Shown: positions 13,608 through 24,135, counted from the stretch's first letter. The stretch: DNA of 64,000 nt from an uncultured Acidobacteriota bacterium (GCA_963770895.1 CAVYRF010000002.1:320001-384000); one strand, 5' to 3'. Made by a program: numbers and translations. Notes: generated by a model not told the origin, from the sequence alone.

Positions 13608-14917
13608 GAGTCGCGCCAAAATAAGTAGACTATATTTTGCGACGCTTGGGCCGAATGGAGTAGTTCCAATCGCCGTGAAAGCTGGCGCGCTTCAGGTTGA
13701 CGGAAGCGAGTTCCTCGTCAGCCACGGCAACGCCGGTTGGATAGCTCCCCCGGTCGAGCTCGGCTCGGATCTTCAGGCCAGTCTTGGTGGCCGTGCTGGC
13801 GATCAAGTTGATGATGATGTCGTGACTGATCAAGGGTTTGCCTCGCCAGTTCTCGGTGATATGGCAGAACATACGATGCTCGATCTTGTTCCATTTGCTG
13901 GTGCCAGGCGGGAAGTGGCAGACGTGGATGGTCAGGCCAAGTTGGGTCGCCAGGTCCTGCAGCGCCACCTTCCAGAGCCGGCAGCGACTGCCGTTGCTGC
14001 CGCCGCCATCGGCGGTGATCAGCAACCGGCGTGCGTTGGGGTAGCGAGGAGATCCCATCTTGCGCCACCAGCGGCGGATCGCTTCGACGGCGAACCGGGC
14101 TGTGTCGTGGTCCACGCCGACGCTCACCCAACCCTGATTCGAACTCAGGTCATACACGCCATAGGGAATGGCCTTGCCCAAATCCGGGTCCACGAAGTCA
14201 TAGATCTTGACCTTGTCGGGATCACCCTTCGGCTGCCATTCGCGGCCGACATTCTTGAATGCCCCGACCAGTTCCTTCTTTTTCGTGTCCACCGAGATGA
14301 CCGGTTGACCGTGCCTCTGAAACGCCTGCACTGTGTGGCTAATGTGCTCGAATTGGGCGTTGCGGTCCGGATGAGAGGCACCCTCCAGGGTCTTGCGGTT
14401 GCTTTGCAGGCTGTAACCTGCCGCGTTGAGAAGCCGACCTACGCTGCGCGGGCTCAGGGTGTGTCCCTGGCGCGTCAAGGCCGTGGCCAACTGGGTCGTA
14501 CTTTTGCAGGTCCACCGCAACGGAGATTCCGGGTCGCCGCGCGTCACCGGATCGACCAAGTGCTCCAACGCATCCAGCAGGGCAGGGTCATTCTCGGTCA
14601 GTGCCTTGCGCCCGCCACCCGGCCGACGAACCCGCAAGTCCAACGGCGCGTCAGGATGAGCTTGGCGGTTCTCCAACTCCGCCAAGCCTCGCCGGATCGT
14701 ATTCGGCGACATGCCAATCGCGCCGCTCACCGCACGCACTCCGCCCCAGCCATAGGCCCGGGCCTCTGAAGCCGCCCACTGGCGCCGCATTCGCTCATCC
14801 ATCATCGGCGCAAGCGAAAGGTACTTCACTGCGATCTGCTCCGCCGAGGCGGGATCTTGCATGCCCCACAGTAGAGCACAGTCCTACAATTTCGTCAAGT
14901 TATTTTGGCGCGACTCC
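13607..14917 (-). mobile_element. ISAzo13-family insertion sequence, apparently complete
   Basis: Perfect 18-bp terminal inverted repeats GGAGTCGCGCCAAAATAA (13607-13624) and TTATTTTGGCGCGACTCC (14900-14917), flanked by TTA direct repeats (13604-13606, 14918-14920). Confidence 0.92.
13630..14862 (-). CDS. ISAzo13-family DDE transposase
   Basis: GDPESPLRWTCKS, ISVDTKKKELVG, ITADGGGSNG, PPGTSKWNKIEHR motifs. Confidence 0.95.
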   Translation of the reverse strand: MQDPASAEQIAVKYLSLAPMMDERMRRQWAASEARAYGWGGVRAVSGAIGMSPNTIRRGLAELENRQAHPDAPLDLRVRRPGGGRKALTENDPALLDALEHLVDPVTRGDPESPLRWTCKSTTQLATALTRQGHTLSPRSVGRLLNAAGYSLQSNRKTLEGASHPDRNAQFEHISHTVQAFQRHGQPVISVDTKKKELVGAFKNVGREWQPKGDPDKVKIYDFVDPDLGKAIPYGVYDLSSNQGWVSVGVDHDTARFAVEAIRRWWRKMGSPRYPNARRLLITADGGGSNGSRCRLWKVALQDLATQLGLTIHVCHFPPGTSKWNKIEHRMFCHITENWRGKPLISHDIIINLIASTATKTGLKIRAELDRGSYPTGVAVADEELASVNLKRASFHGDWNYSIRPKRRKI

Positions 14918-14929
14918 TTAGGTCCCAAA

Positions 14930-14957
14930 CGCGCGGCTGGGCCGGCCCAGCCGCGCG
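14930..14957. terminator. Perfect 28-bp GC palindrome, probable original terminator of the aminobenzoate operon
   Basis: CGCGCGGCTGGGCC|GGCCCAGCCGCGCG, about 10 bp past the reconstituted ridA stop; no U-tract. Confidence 0.45.
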
Positions 14958-15202
14958 CCGCAGTGAACGGTCACTGCGCGCCGTGCCTCAGGTGTCGCAC
15001 GCCCCACTTTTGAAGATACTGCAGCGATCAAACCCCTGAGCGAGCGCAGCGGCACCGTTGGGAAAATCCGCGGCGTGTCCGTCTGAACCGTCATAGACCC
15101 GGGAGCGATAGGCGCCCAGGCTGACCACCACGCGAAATCAGGGTTGGTCTGCTCCGCTCGGACCCTTTCCGCTTCCTCCACTCCTTGAAGAGGGAGAGTG
15201 CG

Positions 15203-16069
15203 ATGCGATCATCCATGCGGTTGCTACTTCTGGCGTTTCTCGGAATCTACGGACTTGGGTGCGCCAGCCTGGGAGTGCAGCCTGCGCGACCGGTAGCTGC
15301 AGCAAAGGAACTGGATGGGCTGACGGGCTACTTCAATGAAGCCGCCGTCGGCACCTGCGCCGGCGAGGCTGATGCCAAGACGGCTCGCAACTGCCGCGAC
15401 AGCTTCGTGTATGGAAGAATCCACGCCTATGACCTGGAGCTGACCCTCTTCGAGGACAAAATCACCAAGCTCTCGCAGGATTACCACCTGATCGGCGATC
15501 TCCTGCTCGGCGGTCTAAGCGGAGCCGGAACGGTTGTAAAAGGTGCTCAAACCAAGAGCATTGTCGCCGCGCTGGCCACACTCGTCACCGGGGCAAAAAG
15601 CTCCGCCGACTCAGACCTGTTCTTTCAGAAATCGGTTTCTGCGTTGGTCAACCGAATGGAAGCACTGCGCAAGCAAGCTCTTTTGCCAATTCAAGCTGGA
15701 CTTGTCAAAGATGCCACGCTGTACCCTCTCCGCCAGGCCCTTCTCGACGTCGAGGACTACTACAAGGCAGTCAACCTGATGCAGGCGGTCGCAAGCATCG
15801 ACCAGGACTCAAAACAGATGGACTCTGCAGCCACATCGCAGAAGAACGCCATGCTTAACCTCACTTTTGGCGACGATCAGAACAGCACCTTGCTGCGGAA
15901 TTACTGGGCACCCAATGGTGTCCTGAACAAGGACCATGAGAAGGCCCTGAATGACTGGCTCTCCAAGAACGTAACCTCACCACCGGACATCGCGAGCTTC
16001 ATACACGGCAGCATCTACACCACCTCTCGCGCCAAGGCGGTAGCCGAGGTCGTCAATAAGACCCCATAA
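15203..16069 (+). CDS. Hypothetical lipoprotein
   Basis: Signal peptide with lipobox-like GLGC, GGAG RBS, atypical codon usage. Confidence 0.7.
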   Translation: MRSSMRLLLLAFLGIYGLGCASLGVQPARPVAAAKELDGLTGYFNEAAVGTCAGEADAKTARNCRDSFVYGRIHAYDLELTLFEDKITKLSQDYHLIGDLLLGGLSGAGTVVKGAQTKSIVAALATLVTGAKSSADSDLFFQKSVSALVNRMEALRKQALLPIQAGLVKDATLYPLRQALLDVEDYYKAVNLMQAVASIDQDSKQMDSAATSQKNAMLNLTFGDDQNSTLLRNYWAPNGVLNKDHEKALNDWLSKNVTSPPDIASFIHGSIYTTSRAKAVAEVVNKTP

Positions 16070-16084
16070 CCAGGAGGATCGAAA

Positions 16085-16324
16085 ATGGCTCACACAGTTG
16101 TCATGCGAGACGTGCCACCAGACCAGCTCGATACTGTCACGAGCGACTACCAGCTTGAGAACGCTACGGTGACCAAAACTCAGCAGGCCGACGGCAACTA
16201 CACCGTCACAGCCGTCTTCCCGGATGACAGCTCCAACTCCCCCGCGCAGCACGGTTCGCTCGACGCCGCGGTGATGACCTTCCGCCCCCGAAGCGCCGCC
16301 AAGGCAGGCCACGGCCACAAATAG
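16085..16324 (+). CDS. Small hypothetical protein
   Basis: AGGAGG RBS; 15 bp after the lipoprotein gene. Confidence 0.65.
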   Translation: MAHTVVMRDVPPDQLDTVTSDYQLENATVTKTQQADGNYTVTAVFPDDSSNSPAQHGSLDAAVMTFRPRSAAKAGHGHK

Positions 16325-16377
16325 CAATTCCATTCCTGCTGGCCGCGCTCCAGACAACGGCGGTCGCGGAGCAGAGT

Positions 16378-17106
16378 TCAGACGGTCAGACCGAAGGTGC
16401 GTTGCAGGCCGCGGCGGCCGGCGGCGGTGACCTGGACGGCGCGGCTTTCGGGCGTGCGCGCAATCCAGCCGCGGTCGAACAGGACGGCGAGCACGGCGGC
16501 GCCCAGGGCGCCGGCCAAGTGGGGGACGCGCTCGCTCCAGTCCAGGCAGGCGGGCGCGAAGGCGCGGCGGCGGGCGCGCTCGGCGGCCAGGTCCAGGCCC
16601 AGGCCGGTAAAGAAGCGGGCGCCGGCGGCGGTCACTTCGAACTGCCCGGCCGCGGGGCGCACGACGGTGCGCGCGCTGAGCTGCCCCTCCTGGGCGGGGC
16701 GCAGGGCGCCGCGCTCGACCAGGGATTGGGTGAGGCCGACGCCCAGCCTGCCCGCCAGGTGGTCGTAGCAGGTGCGCGCGGCGCGCACGGCGCGGCCGAT
16801 GCGGGCCTGGCGGTGGGTGCGCGGCTGCGCTTCGGGTGCCAGCACCGCCAGCGCTTCCATGGCATGCATCAGCTCCGGCCGGGCGAGGTGGTACAGGCGG
16901 TGGCGGCCCTGCGGCCGCATCGCGACCAGGCCCGCATCGGCCAGCTTTGCCAGGTGGACGCTGGCGGTGGAAGCGGTGACGCCGGCCGCCAGGGCCAGGT
17001 CGCTGGCGGCGACTTCCCGCCCGTCGGAGAGGGCCATGACGATGGCGACGCGCGCCGGATCGGCGAGCAGCGATGCAATCGGGGCGATGTCGGCATCTGC
17101 AAGCAT
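16378..17106 (-). CDS. ArsR/SmtB family transcriptional regulator
   Basis: LADPAR..w[18 protein letters not shown], and [10 protein letters not shown] / CLDWSER C-terminal motifs. Confidence 0.92.
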   Translation of the reverse strand: MLADADIAPIASLLADPARVAIVMALSDGREVAASDLALAAGVTASTASVHLAKLADAGLVAMRPQGRHRLYHLARPELMHAMEALAVLAPEAQPRTHRQARIGRAVRAARTCYDHLAGRLGVGLTQSLVERGALRPAQEGQLSARTVVRPAAGQFEVTAAGARFFTGLGLDLAAERARRRAFAPACLDWSERVPHLAGALGAAVLAVLFDRGWIARTPESRAVQVTAAGRRGLQRTFGLTV

Positions 17107-17244
17107 AGTTTGATGATACTACAACTGTCCCTGGGCTATGCTACCGCGCATGACAGGGCACACTGCACGTCACCATCCATCGATCGCAGCCGGCAAACAG
17201 CGCCACGCCGCGCGCCGCGCTGCGCAGGAACGGAGGCAGCTGCC

Positions 17245-17814
17245 ATGGCGATGAATCGCCGCGAAGCGATCACATTGGTTGCCGCGGCAGGCGCGGCGCT
17301 CAGCCTGGGCGGCGAAGCGCTGGACCAGGCCGCGGCGGCGACGTCCGATGCGGCCGCGTCCGACGCCGCCGGTGGCACCGACGGCGCCGATGCCGCCAAC
17401 GGCGCCGCCCCTGCTTCCACCGCCGCCCCCACTTCGGAATCCACCACCGCAGCCACCAGGAGAGGGTCCATGACGATCACCTGCTTCATCCGCTACCAGA
17501 TCGATCCGTTCCAACGCGACGCGTTCAAGCAATATGCCGAAACGTGGGGGCGCATCATCCCGCGCCACGGCGGCCACCTGGTGGGGTATTTCCTGCCCTA
17601 TGAAGGCACCAACGACATCGCCTGGGGGCTGATCGCGTTCGACAGCCTGGCATCCTATGAAGCCTACCGGGCGCGGCTGCGCACCGATCCGGAGGCCCGC
17701 GAAAACTTCGCCATGGCCCAATCCAAGCGCCTGATCCTGCGCGAAGAGCGCAACTTCGTCGAAGTGGTGGACGGCACCTTCGAGCTGCCCGCCAAGATGG
17801 CGCCCGCCAAGTAA
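17245..17814 (+). CDS. NIPSNAP family protein; core starts at ATG 17470, optional Tat-like leader from 17245
   Basis: [36 protein letters not shown]; RBSs precede both ATG 17245 and ATG 17470. Confidence 0.85.
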   Translation: MAMNRREAITLVAAAGAALSLGGEALDQAAAATSDAAASDAAGGTDGADAANGAAPASTAAPTSESTTAATRRGSMTITCFIRYQIDPFQRDAFKQYAETWGRIIPRHGGHLVGYFLPYEGTNDIAWGLIAFDSLASYEAYRARLRTDPEARENFAMAQSKRLILREERNFVEVVDGTFELPAKMAPAK

Positions 17815-17966
17815 ACGGTTTCCGGCGCTACACCGCCAGCGCCGGCGGCTGCACGGCCGGCGCGCCCGGCGGCCGGTAGAGGACGCGGACGTCCCGCGGC
17901 GCGGCGTGGTGTCCACCATCGACACCACCGCCGCGGCACGCCGCCGCCGCGCCGCCGCGCCGGCCG

Positions 17967-20918
17967 TCACGCGATCGCGGCGGCCGGCGGTGCGGGCGGC
18001 GGCATGGGGCCGCTCACCGGAATGGTGGTCGCGGCGCCGCTCGCCTTCTGCTCCTCCAGGTATTCCTTGATGCGCTCGATGTAGTCGTCAAAGTCGTCGG
18101 GGGCCGCGCTGCCCCGCCCCGCCATCGCCTGCACCGCGTCGTCGCCCAGGGCGCGATAGCTTTCGAACTGCGATTCGCTGAACCACTGGTCGGCGGTCGA
18201 CTCGTGCGGGAAGGGCTTGGATTCGCGGGCGTAGTTTTCCACGTCGAAGGGCGAGCCGTCGACGATCGAGGGCTTGATGTAGATGAGCGTGCCGTCGACG
18301 CCGGTGGGGTCGACCGCGCTGTACTGGATCCTGGCCACCGCGCAGTAGCGGCCGCCTTCGGCCGGCTGCCCGCTCTCCTGCTTGGGATAGATGCGGACGC
18401 GGCTGTCGAACACGATCGGCACGCCGAAGTCGATACGGATCTTGCGAATGGCGTTGCCGAGATCGTCAAAGGCATAGGACGGATCGGCGCCGGCATCGCT
18501 GACGATGATCGTGTGACAGCGCCGGCGCACCATCTCGTAGATGCCAAGGTCTTCGAAATGGCCGCCGTCCGACAGGCTGACGTACGGATGCTGGTCGTTG
18601 GTCAGGCCGAACGCCTCGGCGATCAGCACCAGCGCCGAAAACCGCGGCCCCGTGCGTTTGTAGGTCGGCATCCGCCCGACGTCTTTGGGATTGCCCAGCC
18701 AGATTCCCAGCCGCACGTTGAACAGCGCCATGATGAAGGTGATCGCCGGCGACGTGGTGTACATGCCCATGTTGGGATTGGCGGCGGCGCCCGAGGTGGC
18801 GACCGCGGTGCCCAGCGTCAAACCTTTCTGGCCGCCGTATTCGACGGTGTCGCGGTAACCCAGCTCGGCGGAGCCGCAATGCAGCGGCGTGGCGGTAAAG
18901 CTTTCGGCCTTGCGCTGCTGCCACGCCAGGTCGGAGCCCGACACCAGATTGAGCGAGATGTTGACCACCGGGAACGGCCGGTTGGCGGCGAGCGACGCCA
19001 TCGTCACGTTGTCGTCCGGATCGAAGCCGGTGAAGGGGTTCGGCCGGCGGTCGGGGTTGCTGGCGCCGGGGTAGGCGCGGATCAGCCGGTTGCGGTAGCC
19101 CGCCTGCATCGAAAAGCGGTTGACGTTGACCGGATAGCTGATGGCGACCCCCGCCACCAGCAGCGCGATCACCGCGATCAGCAGGTGGGCGGGCGTACCG
19201 GTGTAGGGCGGCACGTAGAGCCACCCCGGCGCCGTCGGGTCCAGCAGGCTCGCCGCCGTCGCGACGCCATCCGGCCAGATGAAGCCGAGCAGCGCCTGGC
19301 CGCCCCACGACAGGCAGAGGATGAGCGCCACCACGAACAGCGGCGCCGCCAGCGCGAAGACCATCTTGCTGACCAGGCTCGGCTCGCCCTTCTCCTTGTT
19401 GGCAGGGGTCGAGCCGGCCATGCCGAACTTCGCCACCAGCGCCCCCAGACCGCCGGCCGAAATGAGCGCGCTCAGCTGTGCCGCGGCGGTGGTCAGCAGC
19501 GAGGATGCGAACAGCACCAGGCTGCTCGCCGCCATCCATACCACCAGCACGATCAGCGTCCAGGCGGACCAGCGGGCAAACCACTCGCGGTCGGAATCGC
19601 CGTCGACGACCATCCAGTGCTCGGCCATGCTCGACACCGCGACCAGCACGGTCCTGCCCAGCAGCATCACGCCCATGATCACCGCCGGTCCGAAGATCAC
19701 GAACAGCGGCATCTCATTTTCAAACAGCGGCCGCAGCATGCCCTTGAGCACCAGCTTGTAGATGAGCGTATCGACGGCGCCGGCGGCGAGCACCGAAAAG
19801 ACGTCCCACAGAAACACCTTGAAGCGGCGGTGCATGAACAGGGCGGAAGCGAGCAACGCCGCCAGCGGCAGCACCAGCGCCCAATAGGCGCAATAACGGA
19901 GCAGCACCAGCGTCGGCACGTTCGGCAGGTCCTCGGCGTACGCCTGCACACACCCGAGCAGCAGCGGCAGCGCCGCCAGCCTGGGCAGCAGCGCCAGCGT
20001 CAGGTAGTGCGTGGTCCACTTGCCATGCGGGCCCTTGCCCCTGCCGCCGCTGTCGCGCAACAGGCTCATGAAGAACAGGCCGATGAACTCGAAAGCTCCG
20101 GCGATGTAAAGCAGGTGCAGCGGCTGCTGCGACGTCGGCCAAGTGGCCACGGCCAGCAGCGGCAGCAGCAACGGCGCCGTCAGCAGCGGCAGCAACACCG
20201 CCCAATTGAGCAGGATGTTGCGCAGCACGATGGCGACCATCGTCCAGGTGTCGGCCGACAGCACACCCAGGCGCGGCGTCAGGTAGTTGCTGTACTGCCG
20301 CAGGTGGGTGAGCGGCTCCGGTTCCGGCTGGGAGGGGTCGGTCGGCCGTTCGGTCAACCGGGTGGTCACCGTGTCGATGCCCTCTTCCCGCACCCAGCGC
20401 GCCAGCCAGCTGGAAATGTAGCCACCCCCCGAGACGCTCGACAGGTAGTCGAACTGGCCCAGCAGCCCGAGCCGCGCCATGCCCTGCAGCACGCCCAGGT
20501 TGAAGGTGGCGCTGCGGATGCCGCCGCCCGAAAAACACAACGCCGCCAGCGGCCCTTTCGGCGCCGGCTTGGGAGGCCGCTTTGGCGCCGCCGTCCCGGC
20601 GCCGGCTGCCGCTGGCGCCGCCGGCTTTGCCGCTGTTCCTTGCCCCGTTGCCGCTGGTTCTGCCGGCTTTGCCGCTGTTTCTCGCGCCGCCGTTGCCGCC
20701 GGTGCGTCCGGCATCGCCGCCAGGCGGTGGGTGACCCGGTAGACTGCGGCCTGCTGGGCCGCATCGCTCCCCGGCGGCAGCCCGGACGCCTCGGCCGCCA
20801 CCGCGGCTACGGAGTCCGGCTCGGTCAAGGCAGGGCTGCCGGGCCGCAGGTGCTCCAGCTCGGCCCGCAGCACTTCCCACAGACGCAGGGGCGGTACGCC
20901 CTTCGCGGATTTCGCCAT
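17967..20918 (-). CDS. Patatin/cPLA2-like phospholipase with large multi-TM insert
   Basis: SGGGIRSATF oxyanion loop, SSVSGGGY nucleophile, LSDGGHFEDLG catalytic Asp. Confidence 0.88.
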   Translation of the reverse strand: MAKSAKGVPPLRLWEVLRAELEHLRPGSPALTEPDSVAAVAAEASGLPPGSDAAQQAAVYRVTHRLAAMPDAPAATAARETAAKPAEPAATGQGTAAKPAAPAAAGAGTAAPKRPPKPAPKGPLAALCFSGGGIRSATFNLGVLQGMARLGLLGQFDYLSSVSGGGYISSWLARWVREEGIDTVTTRLTERPTDPSQPEPEPLTHLRQYSNYLTPRLGVLSADTWTMVAIVLRNILLNWAVLLPLLTAPLLLPLLAVATWPTSQQPLHLLYIAGAFEFIGLFFMSLLRDSGGRGKGPHGKWTTHYLTLALLPRLAALPLLLGCVQAYAEDLPNVPTLVLLRYCAYWALVLPLAALLASALFMHRRFKVFLWDVFSVLAAGAVDTLIYKLVLKGMLRPLFENEMPLFVIFGPAVIMGVMLLGRTVLVAVSSMAEHWMVVDGDSDREWFARWSAWTLIVLVVWMAASSLVLFASSLLTTAAAQLSALISAGGLGALVAKFGMAGSTPANKEKGEPSLVSKMVFALAAPLFVVALILCLSWGGQALLGFIWPDGVATAASLLDPTAPGWLYVPPYTGTPAHLLIAVIALLVAGVAISYPVNVNRFSMQAGYRNRLIRAYPGASNPDRRPNPFTGFDPDDNVTMASLAANRPFPVVNISLNLVSGSDLAWQQRKAESFTATPLHCGSAELGYRDTVEYGGQKGLTLGTAVATSGAAANPNMGMYTTSPAITFIMALFNVRLGIWLGNPKDVGRMPTYKRTGPRFSALVLIAEAFGLTNDQHPYVSLSDGGHFEDLGIYEMVRRRCHTIIVSDAGADPSYAFDDLGNAIRKIRIDFGVPIVFDSRVRIYPKQESGQPAEGGRYCAVARIQYSAVDPTGVDGTLIYIKPSIVDGSPFDVENYARESKPFPHESTADQWFSESQFESYRALGDDAVQAMAGRGSAAPDDFDDYIERIKEYLEEQKASGAATTIPVSGPMPPPAPPAAAIA

Positions 20919-20936
20919 CGCTCCTCCCGTTCAAAG

Positions 20937-22181
20937 CTACGGCTTGGGCGCCAGCCACGGGCGCTTGGCGCCAGGGTAGAAGACCTCTTCGCCGGTCGGC
21001 TCGAAGCGCTGGTTGCCGTTCTCGCGCAGGCGCACGTCCTGCATCGCCTGCATGACGTCGCGGCGGGCGCGGTTGAGGCTGCCCAGCGGCATGTGGGCCT
21101 GGAGGCCGTGCCACGGATTGAAGGTCAGGTTCTGACAGAAGGCGTACTGCTCGGGCGACTGGAAATCCTGCGGTGGGAACTCCATGCGCGCCACCTGGCG
21201 CCAGGGGGAATCCTTGGGGTCCCAGGCGACCAGCGTGTTGTCCAGCGGCTGGCTGTCGCGGCTGCGGATCTGCGCCTTGATGTCGAGGCACATGCCGATG
21301 CCGCCCGCCGGGGCCAGGTCGTCGGCCAGCCGCTCGGCCAGATAGTTGGGATGCGTGTTGTCGTCGGGCGGGGGCGACGTCCAGCGGATCTTGCGGCCGG
21401 CGCAGGGAAAGGCGCCGTACTTGACCGCGTTCTGCGGCCCCTGCGTCGCCTGGATGGCGAACGGCGCCACCGAAAACCAGGTGATGTCGGCGATGCTGGG
21501 GAAGACGTTTTTCCGCTGCACCTGCAGGATGTTATAGAAGCCGCGCGGGTGGCGCAGCAGGTCCCACAGCAGGCGCGGATTGGCCATTGGGTCGGCGCTG
21601 TAGCCGCCGGCGCGGACGGCGGCGAAGAAGTCGTGGAAGTGCCTGACGTTGCCGGCAAAGAAGGCGTTGTGGGCGATGAAGAAGAGGTCCTGGGTGTGCT
21701 GCTCGTCGCCCGGCACCGGCAGGCGCGCGCCGCTCACTCCCACCAGCTTGACCACCATGCCGCGGAAGTCGGGGACGTGATCGTCGGTGACGTGGTTGGC
21801 CGAATTGGAAAAGCGCACCCACGCCTTGTAGACGCGGCCGCCGTCGGGCTTGCCGGCATAGATGCCCAGCCGCAGGTTGGGCGGCAGGTCCGGCTCGACG
21901 GTGAAGTTGGCGCGCACGCAGGCGTTGGCCTTGGGATGGGTGTCGCGCAGGAACTTGGTGGCCCGCCAGTTCTCGTCCGGCTTGATCGTGTCGTTTTGAT
22001 ATTCGTGGTGCAGGATGTCGGTCAGGATGACGACCGTGTCTTCGATCACCGCCGCCTCTTCGTCCTGCGGCAGCGGCCGGCTCTCGGTGTAGAGCGACAC
22101 CAGGATAACCAGCCCAAGCAGCACCACCAATACCACGACCAGCCGCAGAACGATCCGCAACAATTTCTTCCAGCCGCTCAT
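20937..22181 (-). CDS. Membrane-anchored short catalase-related heme protein
   Basis: RDTHPKA, AWVRFSN, DFRGMVVK, FNPWH..PLGSLNRAR; N-terminal TM helix. Confidence 0.82.
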   Translation of the reverse strand: MSGWKKLLRIVLRLVVVLVVLLGLVILVSLYTESRPLPQDEEAAVIEDTVVILTDILHHEYQNDTIKPDENWRATKFLRDTHPKANACVRANFTVEPDLPPNLRLGIYAGKPDGGRVYKAWVRFSNSANHVTDDHVPDFRGMVVKLVGVSGARLPVPGDEQHTQDLFFIAHNAFFAGNVRHFHDFFAAVRAGGYSADPMANPRLLWDLLRHPRGFYNILQVQRKNVFPSIADITWFSVAPFAIQATQGPQNAVKYGAFPCAGRKIRWTSPPPDDNTHPNYLAERLADDLAPAGGIGMCLDIKAQIRSRDSQPLDNTLVAWDPKDSPWRQVARMEFPPQDFQSPEQYAFCQNLTFNPWHGLQAHMPLGSLNRARRDVMQAMQDVRLRENGNQRFEPTGEEVFYPGAKRPWLAPKP

Positions 22182-22220
22182 CGCTCCATCCTCCCGCGAA
22201 AGCCCGCGCCGGCCGCCCGA

Positions 22221-24125
22221 TTACGAGGCGCCGCGCTTGGCGTCCTTAAGAATCACGTCGGCCGCCTTTTCGCCGATCATGTAGACAGACGTGACGATAA
22301 AAAAGCCCGGAATGCGGGGAAACACCGAGGCGTCGACCACCCGCAGGCCGGATACGCCGTGGACGCGAAAATCGCTGCCCACGACGCCGCCCTGATCGCG
22401 GGCGCCGATCGGGCAGGTGCACGATGCGTGGTGACCCCAGGCGTTGTTGCGCACGAACGTCCTGAGCTCGTCGTCCGTCTGCACGTCGTCGCCCGGCAGC
22501 TCCTCCTTGGCGATCAGGTTGCGCTTCTTCAGGTCGGCGGTCAGGGTGCGCACGTACTTGATGCCTTCGACGACCGAAGCCAGGTCGTCGCCCGCGGTGT
22601 CGGTGCCCTCTTCGAAATAGTGGAAGTTGATCAGCGGCGCCTGGCGCGGATCGGTCGAGCGCAGCACCACCTCGCCGGCGTGGTTCTGGGTGTGCGCCTT
22701 GAGGATCGCCCAGGTCAGGTAGTTGAGGTTCTCGGCGAACAGCGTCGAGTAGGTCGGGAAGTACCCCTTGAACAGGCCGAGCAGCGCAAAGCAGAACAGG
22801 TCGGGCAGCGGCCGCTGCGGCAGCGACTTCTTGATGATCGCCAGGACCGCGCCGTTGGTCGTATAGACCCCCTTGCGCGGCGTCTGCGCCCACTGCTCGT
22901 ATTGCGGATCGCCCTTGGAAAACTTGGCGCCCTTGAGCACCCACCAGGCGGAAAAATTCATCCGGTTGACGACGCCCACCTCGTAACGGTCCTGCAGGTT
23001 CTTGCCCACCGGCAGGTCCACCCGCACCGCGATGCCGAACTGGTCGAGCACGGCGCGCGGCCCGATGCCCGAAAGCATCAGCAGCTGCGGCGTGTTGAAG
23101 GCGCCGCCGCACAGGATCACCTCGCGCGAGGCGCGCACCGTGCGCAGCTCGCCGGCGGCCGTCGCCGCGGCGCCATCGGCCCGGTACAGCCGCTCGCCCT
23201 TCAAGTATTCGACGCCGACGGCGCGCCCGCCGTCGTCGAACAGCACCCGCGTCGCCAGGGCGTCCAGCTCGATGCGCAGCCGGTCCGGGTACTTCTGCGC
23301 CACGTCCAGCAGCCGCTCGCGCGAACCATGGCGCTGGTGGCCGTTGGTGGCGAGCGGCGGATAGCGGATGCCCACGGCGTTGGCTTCGTTCAGCCGCCAG
23401 TCGTTGGGGTCCGCCTGGCCCTGGATCAGCCAGCGCACGCGCTCGAACTTGTCACCCCCTTCGTCCGCGGCGTGGTTGATCGATTCGAGCAGGCATTCCA
23501 CCAGGTCGCGGTCGTCGAAGGCGGCTTCGGGGATCGCCTTTTCGGTGTGCAGCCAGCCCTTCCAGCCGTGCCGCGTGGGGTTGATGCCGAGCTTGCTCAG
23601 CCACCGGTAGGGAATGCGGTGATGGCAGTTTTCCAGGCGCTCGAAGTAGCGGCGCATGGCGTCGGCCTTCCACGAATCGTCACCGGTCGCCGCGGCGATC
23701 TGGTTCCAATCGTCGTTGTGCGGGTAGACGGTGATCATGGCGTTGTGCGCCGTGCAGCCGCCCAACGTGCCGGCGCGGGGATAGAACACGCCGTCGACGT
23801 TGACGCCCTCCCAGGTCTGCCGGTACTTTTCGTCGCGGCGCTGCTGCTCCAGGTCGGCGTAGTGGCGAACGTAAAAGTCCCACTTCATCGCCACGTTCTC
23901 GGTCGAGATGGCGTGGAACACCGGCACGTCGTAGTCGTCCGGCAGGCGGTTGCCGGTCGGATCCAGGGCGTCGCCGCCGGCGAGCCGCCGCGGGTCGCCG
24001 CCGGCCTCCAGCAGCACCACCTTGTGGCCGCTCTCGGCCAAGCGCGCCGCCAGCGTGCCGCCGCCGGCGCCCGAGCCGACGACGACGTATTCGCAATCAG
24101 CCTGGCCTGCGATCTGGTCGCTCAT
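22221..24125 (-). CDS. GMC-family flavin oxidoreductase
   Basis: GSGAGGG, GTLGGCTAHN, TPQLLMLSGIGP, WGHHASCTC, LRVVDASVFP. Confidence 0.93.
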   Translation of the reverse strand: MSDQIAGQADCEYVVVGSGAGGGTLAARLAESGHKVVLLEAGGDPRRLAGGDALDPTGNRLPDDYDVPVFHAISTENVAMKWDFYVRHYADLEQQRRDEKYRQTWEGVNVDGVFYPRAGTLGGCTAHNAMITVYPHNDDWNQIAAATGDDSWKADAMRRYFERLENCHHRIPYRWLSKLGINPTRHGWKGWLHTEKAIPEAAFDDRDLVECLLESINHAADEGGDKFERVRWLIQGQADPNDWRLNEANAVGIRYPPLATNGHQRHGSRERLLDVAQKYPDRLRIELDALATRVLFDDGGRAVGVEYLKGERLYRADGAAATAAGELRTVRASREVILCGGAFNTPQLLMLSGIGPRAVLDQFGIAVRVDLPVGKNLQDRYEVGVVNRMNFSAWWVLKGAKFSKGDPQYEQWAQTPRKGVYTTNGAVLAIIKKSLPQRPLPDLFCFALLGLFKGYFPTYSTLFAENLNYLTWAILKAHTQNHAGEVVLRSTDPRQAPLINFHYFEEGTDTAGDDLASVVEGIKYVRTLTADLKKRNLIAKEELPGDDVQTDDELRTFVRNNAWGHHASCTCPIGARDQGGVVGSDFRVHGVSGLRVVDASVFPRIPGFFIVTSVYMIGEKAADVILKDAKRGAS

Positions 24126-24135
24126 CGCTCCCCCC

